A DNA stretch of 64,000 bases from Adineta vaga (Eukaryota > Animalia > Rotifera). Where the stretch lies: positions 1,116,001 to 1,180,000 of the forward strand of contig CP075492.1 in NCBI GenBank assembly GCA_021613535.1. The letters are read 5' to 3'. Position numbers and translations under genes: made by a program. Positions 60,401 to 64,000 of the stretch are shown piece by piece (position 1 is the first letter of the stretch; the number at the start of each line of letters is the position of its first letter). The notes under the pieces were generated by a model. That model ran no database searches. It saw nothing but the letters and a program-made list of their open reading frames with translations, and had not been told where the DNA came from.

Positions 60401-62685
60401 CTATTTTCAACAATGTAAACCATTTCTCTGTTCATATACATATATTCAACAATTCAGTGTCTTGTATATTGTAACTACTCTACTTGCTCTTCAAGGTGGT
60501 CTTACCATTGTTCTCAAATGGATATCACCTAAAATAATACAAATCATAGCAACTATTTATTATCGTCGAAAGCAACGCACAACATTGTTCAACCTACTTC
60601 ATCTAACGAGTTGATGTCTGTTCAGATTGTTAATGCAAACGTTAATGATTTCACTTCGAATTTAGAATCAATACCAAGAAATGAAGTACTAGTGTATGTA
60701 TCATTCATCTTTATTTGAATAGTAATTAATGATTTATATGTTTAGAACAAACTTACCATCATCAGCTCGATGCTCTCTTCAAGCCATTATAATATGTATA
60801 ATATTAGTATGTGTGATAATCGTTCTCACTCTATTTTCCATCTACTTTCCTCGACAAGGTAAAAATCAGTTTGTACTGATGATTATGTTACTAAGAATTC
60901 ACTTTTGATTTGTTAGCTCCTATTACAATGAGACCGATGATCAACACTACTTCAGAAACAACATCAACGACAACAAAAACAAGTTCGTTACATCTACTTC
61001 TTATTTTCTCTTCAGATTTAGTATAGTCTAGATTGTGAATGTAAGAGTGAAGTATGTTCATGTTCGCATTTATCTCCTTGTTAATATCAATACGAGAGAA
61101 AATGTCTTATGTAAACTACACTAAAGACAAATTTTAAAGTCTAATGAAGTAGTATGAATTCCTTCGTAATAGATCAAATAACTTTTGTTTTATATTAGCT
61201 AAGAAACATATACCTAAAATAGAGACTACTGCATCGTTAATCCATTTGTTATTTCCATATCACATTTAGATCTGATTCCAGTGACAACTAATCATAGAAG
61301 ATAATAACATAAGAACAGATTTCGAGCAATATATTCAAAGCCCATTTTCATTTACAAGATACCGTTTCAACTGACGAACAATTCACTTGCAATTTATTCC
61401 TTTTTTTTGTATTCAGATGTAGTTTACGTCCTACACTGAAGGCGACTGACTTTAGTATCGTACGCACAATGACAGATCTCATGAGAACATATAAACACTT
61501 CCCGCAGAATTGTTTCTATGTAGAGTAGATCATATCAGGATGGTGGTTGTTGTGAAGAGTATTGTGTTTTTCGTTTTATTCATATCAGCTTGTCATCTAA
61601 AGTTTCAAACAATCTATACTGATACTGAAAATATTCGACCAATATCACCTGTCATTGCTGATTTCAATGGCGACGATCAAGTCGATCTTGCTTTTTACTG
61701 TGTGCGAAACAATAATCTACATGTATTTCTTGGAGATGGCAATGGGACTTTTAAAGAAAAAGTTGCATTTGCAATTGGATATGTTGAATTGATACAAATT
61801 ATCACAACCGATTTTAACCATGATCATCGAGCCGATCTCGTTTTCACTAATTATCGACAAGGGCAAATAGGTCTTTTCCAAAGGTATGATAATGGAACTT
61901 TTCAAACATTCAATATCTTATCAATTCCATTTCGTGATTATCCAATTAACATCGCTGTAACTGACTTTAATGATGACGATAATACTGATATCCTCATCTT
62001 CAATATTTACACTACAAGCATTTATATATTTCTAGGACATGACGACGAAACATTTTCATGGTTACCGTTAGCATATTTCTGGTCCGATGTATTTGAAATG
62101 AAGTCTATTGATACCGCTGATTTGAATCATGATGGTTATCTTGATATTATTGTCTCGACTGCATTAGTTGGAGGTATTACTGCAATTCTAGGAGATGGAA
62201 ATGGAACTCTTGGAAAAATGATGTTCTCCTACACTCAAAGCGCAGTGTTCGATGATGTTCTTATTCGAGATTTCAATGGTGATACTCGATTAGATCTCAT
62301 TGTTTCGTCTAAATCTTTAAACGATATTCGCGTGATGTTGGGATATGGTAATGGTTATTGTCATTTGAATAAAACGTTTCACATTGAAAGGCCTACGCAT
62401 CCATTTAAAATTGCAACTGGTGATTTCAACTGTGATGGTCAACTAGATATTGTTTTCAGTCAATCTGATCCATTTCGAATAAGTGTACTAGTTGTTGGTT
62501 TAGGAAATGAGATTTTTGATATACAAACAGTGTTGTTGATGGAATCCAGACGTGACTATATTTGGATCGATGTCGATGATTTCAATGGTGATAGTTATGA
62601 TGATATAATTGTTGTTGATGGATCATCTGGTTGTATCTTCATTCTTTTAAATGTCTGTGAATGTTGCATACATGAAAATCTATAG
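54419..62685 (+). pseudogene. Second three-unit 2-TM/Cys-rich membrane protein gene, fused through an extra TM and a Thr-rich stalk to an FG-GAP domain; carries a stop (56398-56400) and several frameshifts
   Basis: Exons approx. 54419-54587, 54708-55000, 56062-56608, 56658-56955 (unit 1); 57024-57161, 57444-58048, 58181-58811 (unit 2); 59183-59548, 59659-60693 (unit 3); 60746-60858 (TM); 60917-60982 (stalk); 61589-62685 (FG-GAP). Same unit motifs as 15478-21347. Lesions near 56400-56470, 59210, 59465 and 60580. Confidence 0.7.
61589..62685 (+). CDS. FG-GAP/VCBS-repeat beta-propeller exon (intact reading frame)
   Basis: Seven D(F/L)NxDxxxD repeats with LGDGNGTF-type linkers; acceptor at 61588. 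Confidence 0.85.
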
Positions 62686-63005
62686 ACAAAATGCCTTAAT
62701 TTACTTATCAATTCAAATTGCACACATTTGTGTACATGATTATATCTAATTTCTTTAATTTTTATGTTCTATTCTCAATTTTTTCAGTATTATTCATTTA
62801 TCTCAATATATCTATATGTTACTTTAAAACATTAAACGATAGCACCAGCCACAGCCATTCTCAAGATGCAGATACATATCTTTCGAGTCCAGAGATAATT
62901 CACTTACAGGATGCTATCGACAAAATGAACGAAATAAAAAAACAAAGGATAAATCAACCAGTAGCCATCATTCGTTTCTCCTCGACAATAGCGAAAATGC
63001 TTCCG

Positions 63006-63064
63006 GAGAGGATATGTGTATTGATGAATTTGAATCCATAAATGCTCACCCACACCCACACCCT
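63006..63064. repeat. Telomere-like hairpin (left arm decayed)
   Basis: GAGAGGATATGTGT...CTCACCCACACCCACACCCT. Confidence 0.7.
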
Positions 63065-63325
63065 ACTTTCCCAATAAACATGACAATCTTTTAGTTTTAT
63101 TATTATTGGATTTATTATGCAATTCGTTTAATGTATTGTATTCCTTCAATATTCGATGAGTCATAGATATACGTTTTATTGCACAACAAGGAGAAACTTT
63201 TCCGTTCTACCATAAATTGTACATGAAAGCCAATGAGACGAACAAATTTTGTTTTTTTTCTGTGGATGACATCATGTTCTTTTGGTAGACACGATGCATA
63301 TATCATTGATTATACGTTTTTAGAA

Positions 63326-63817
63326 ATGCGTCTTACGATTGCACATGTTTACAGTAAGGTACGTGCACAACTTGAACCATTTATAATTGATATTGATCCA
63401 TCATACACAATCTTACAAATAAAAGAGAAAATTACACAACAGACATATGTACAATCATATGATCAGTTTTTAAGTGTCGATGGTCGAACACTTGACGATG
63501 AACATACTATTTCATCATATGATTTTATTAAAAGTGGAAGTAAAATAACTTTAGTGGTATTTCCTAATGTTTTGCGTGAAAAGTATCGTATATACGTTGC
63601 TATTCAAGGTCCAAACGAAGAACATAAGACTATTGATTTAGACATTTATTATTATGATACTGTTGCTCAAGTCAAACAAACTATTTTTGAATGTACACAA
63701 ATACCAACAGGCAAGCAAAGACTTATTTTTGCTGGTAAACAATTATCAGATGAACGAATTTTCTCGAATTATGGTGTTCAGAAGGAGAGTACAGCACTTC
63801 TATTTACTAGAGACTAG
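63326..63817 (+). CDS. Tandem di-ubiquitin-like protein without C-terminal Gly-Gly
   Basis: Two UBL domains (TILQIKEKI...DQFLSVDGRTLDDEHTISSY; DTVAQVK...QRLIFAGKQLSDERIFSNYGVQKEST), ending LLFTRD. An acceptor at 63323 may indicate an upstream exon. Confidence 0.8.
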   Translation: MRLTIAHVYSKVRAQLEPFIIDIDPSYTILQIKEKITQQTYVQSYDQFLSVDGRTLDDEHTISSYDFIKSGSKITLVVFPNVLREKYRIYVAIQGPNEEHKTIDLDIYYYDTVAQVKQTIFECTQIPTGKQRLIFAGKQLSDERIFSNYGVQKESTALLFTRD

Positions 63818-63866
63818 TGTCAAAATTTTGTTCATTTTTTCGCTTAATAAATAATATTTATCTACC

Positions 63867-63914
63867 TTGAGGGTGAGGATGTATGTGTGTATGAACAAAA
63901 AGTATTCACACCCT
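63867..63914. repeat. Telomere-like hairpin
   Basis: TTGAGGGTGAGGATGTATGTGTG...TTCACACCCT. Confidence 0.7.
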
Positions 63915-63969
63915 TTTCAAAATACTCATATCGATATCGATCAAGCAATACATAGTTTTTCATAATCTC

Positions 63970-64000
63970 TGAGGTGCGGGTGTGAATATGCTACACTCAC
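63970..64000. repeat. Telomere-like hairpin truncated by the window end
   Basis: TGAGGTGCGGGTGTG-aatatgcta-CACTCAC. Confidence 0.65.

Noticed and set aside
62718-63041. 107-aa ORF between the FG-GAP exon and the UBL gene
   Set aside because: TTG start in an AT-rich 3' UTR-like tract. It might hide an exon of the UBL gene, but no in-phase donor was established.
1066-63854. Numerous 60-115 aa ORFs overlapping the long genes in other frames or on the opposite strand
   Set aside because: Shadow ORFs of AT-rich coding sequence with no motifs.
3386-64000. Hairpins as a CRISPR array, bacterial REP elements or rho-independent terminators
   Set aside because: They are dispersed rather than tandem, there are no cas genes, the context is eukaryotic and intron-containing, and there is no consistent U-tract.

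Overview
AT-rich eukaryotic genomic DNA with short (about 50-60 bp) GT-AG introns. The gene families present (LDLa/EGF-7TM receptors, NHL repeats, F-box/LRR, divergent rhodopsin-type GPCRs, FG-GAP propellers, foreign-looking intron-poor enzymes) point to a bdelloid rotifer; this is an inference. Conventional content: two LDLa-EGF-GPCR genes, four short GPCR loci (one decayed, one frameshifted), a multi-exon GH38 alpha-mannosidase, a RING-H2 protein, an F-box protein, an MFS sugar porter, a Ly6-type three-finger protein, a di-ubiquitin-like protein and a young DNA transposon with 265-bp TIRs (Sola2-like). Most notable: (1) two paralogous genes whose separately listed ORFs splice in phase into single chains of exactly three tandem 2-TM, Cys-rich-ectodomain units. 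This is a candidate single-chain pseudo-trimeric channel with DEG/ENaC-like topology, and one copy is further fused through a 7th TM to an FG-GAP propeller. (2) About 20 or more dispersed 45-70 bp hairpins built from inverted telomere-type repeats (TGAGGG/TGTGGG...CCCACA/CCCTCA), found in most intergenic regions, one of them at a gene breakpoint. (3) A two-exon CS-alpha-beta defensin absent from the ORF track. (4) HGT candidates: a bacterial-type clan-A glycoside hydrolase that gained an intron, an oomycete-like sugar porter and a possible Ntox47-like toxin domain. (5) A stand-alone degenerate DDX3-type helicase C-terminal domain. All calls come from reading the sequence by eye; no searches were run.
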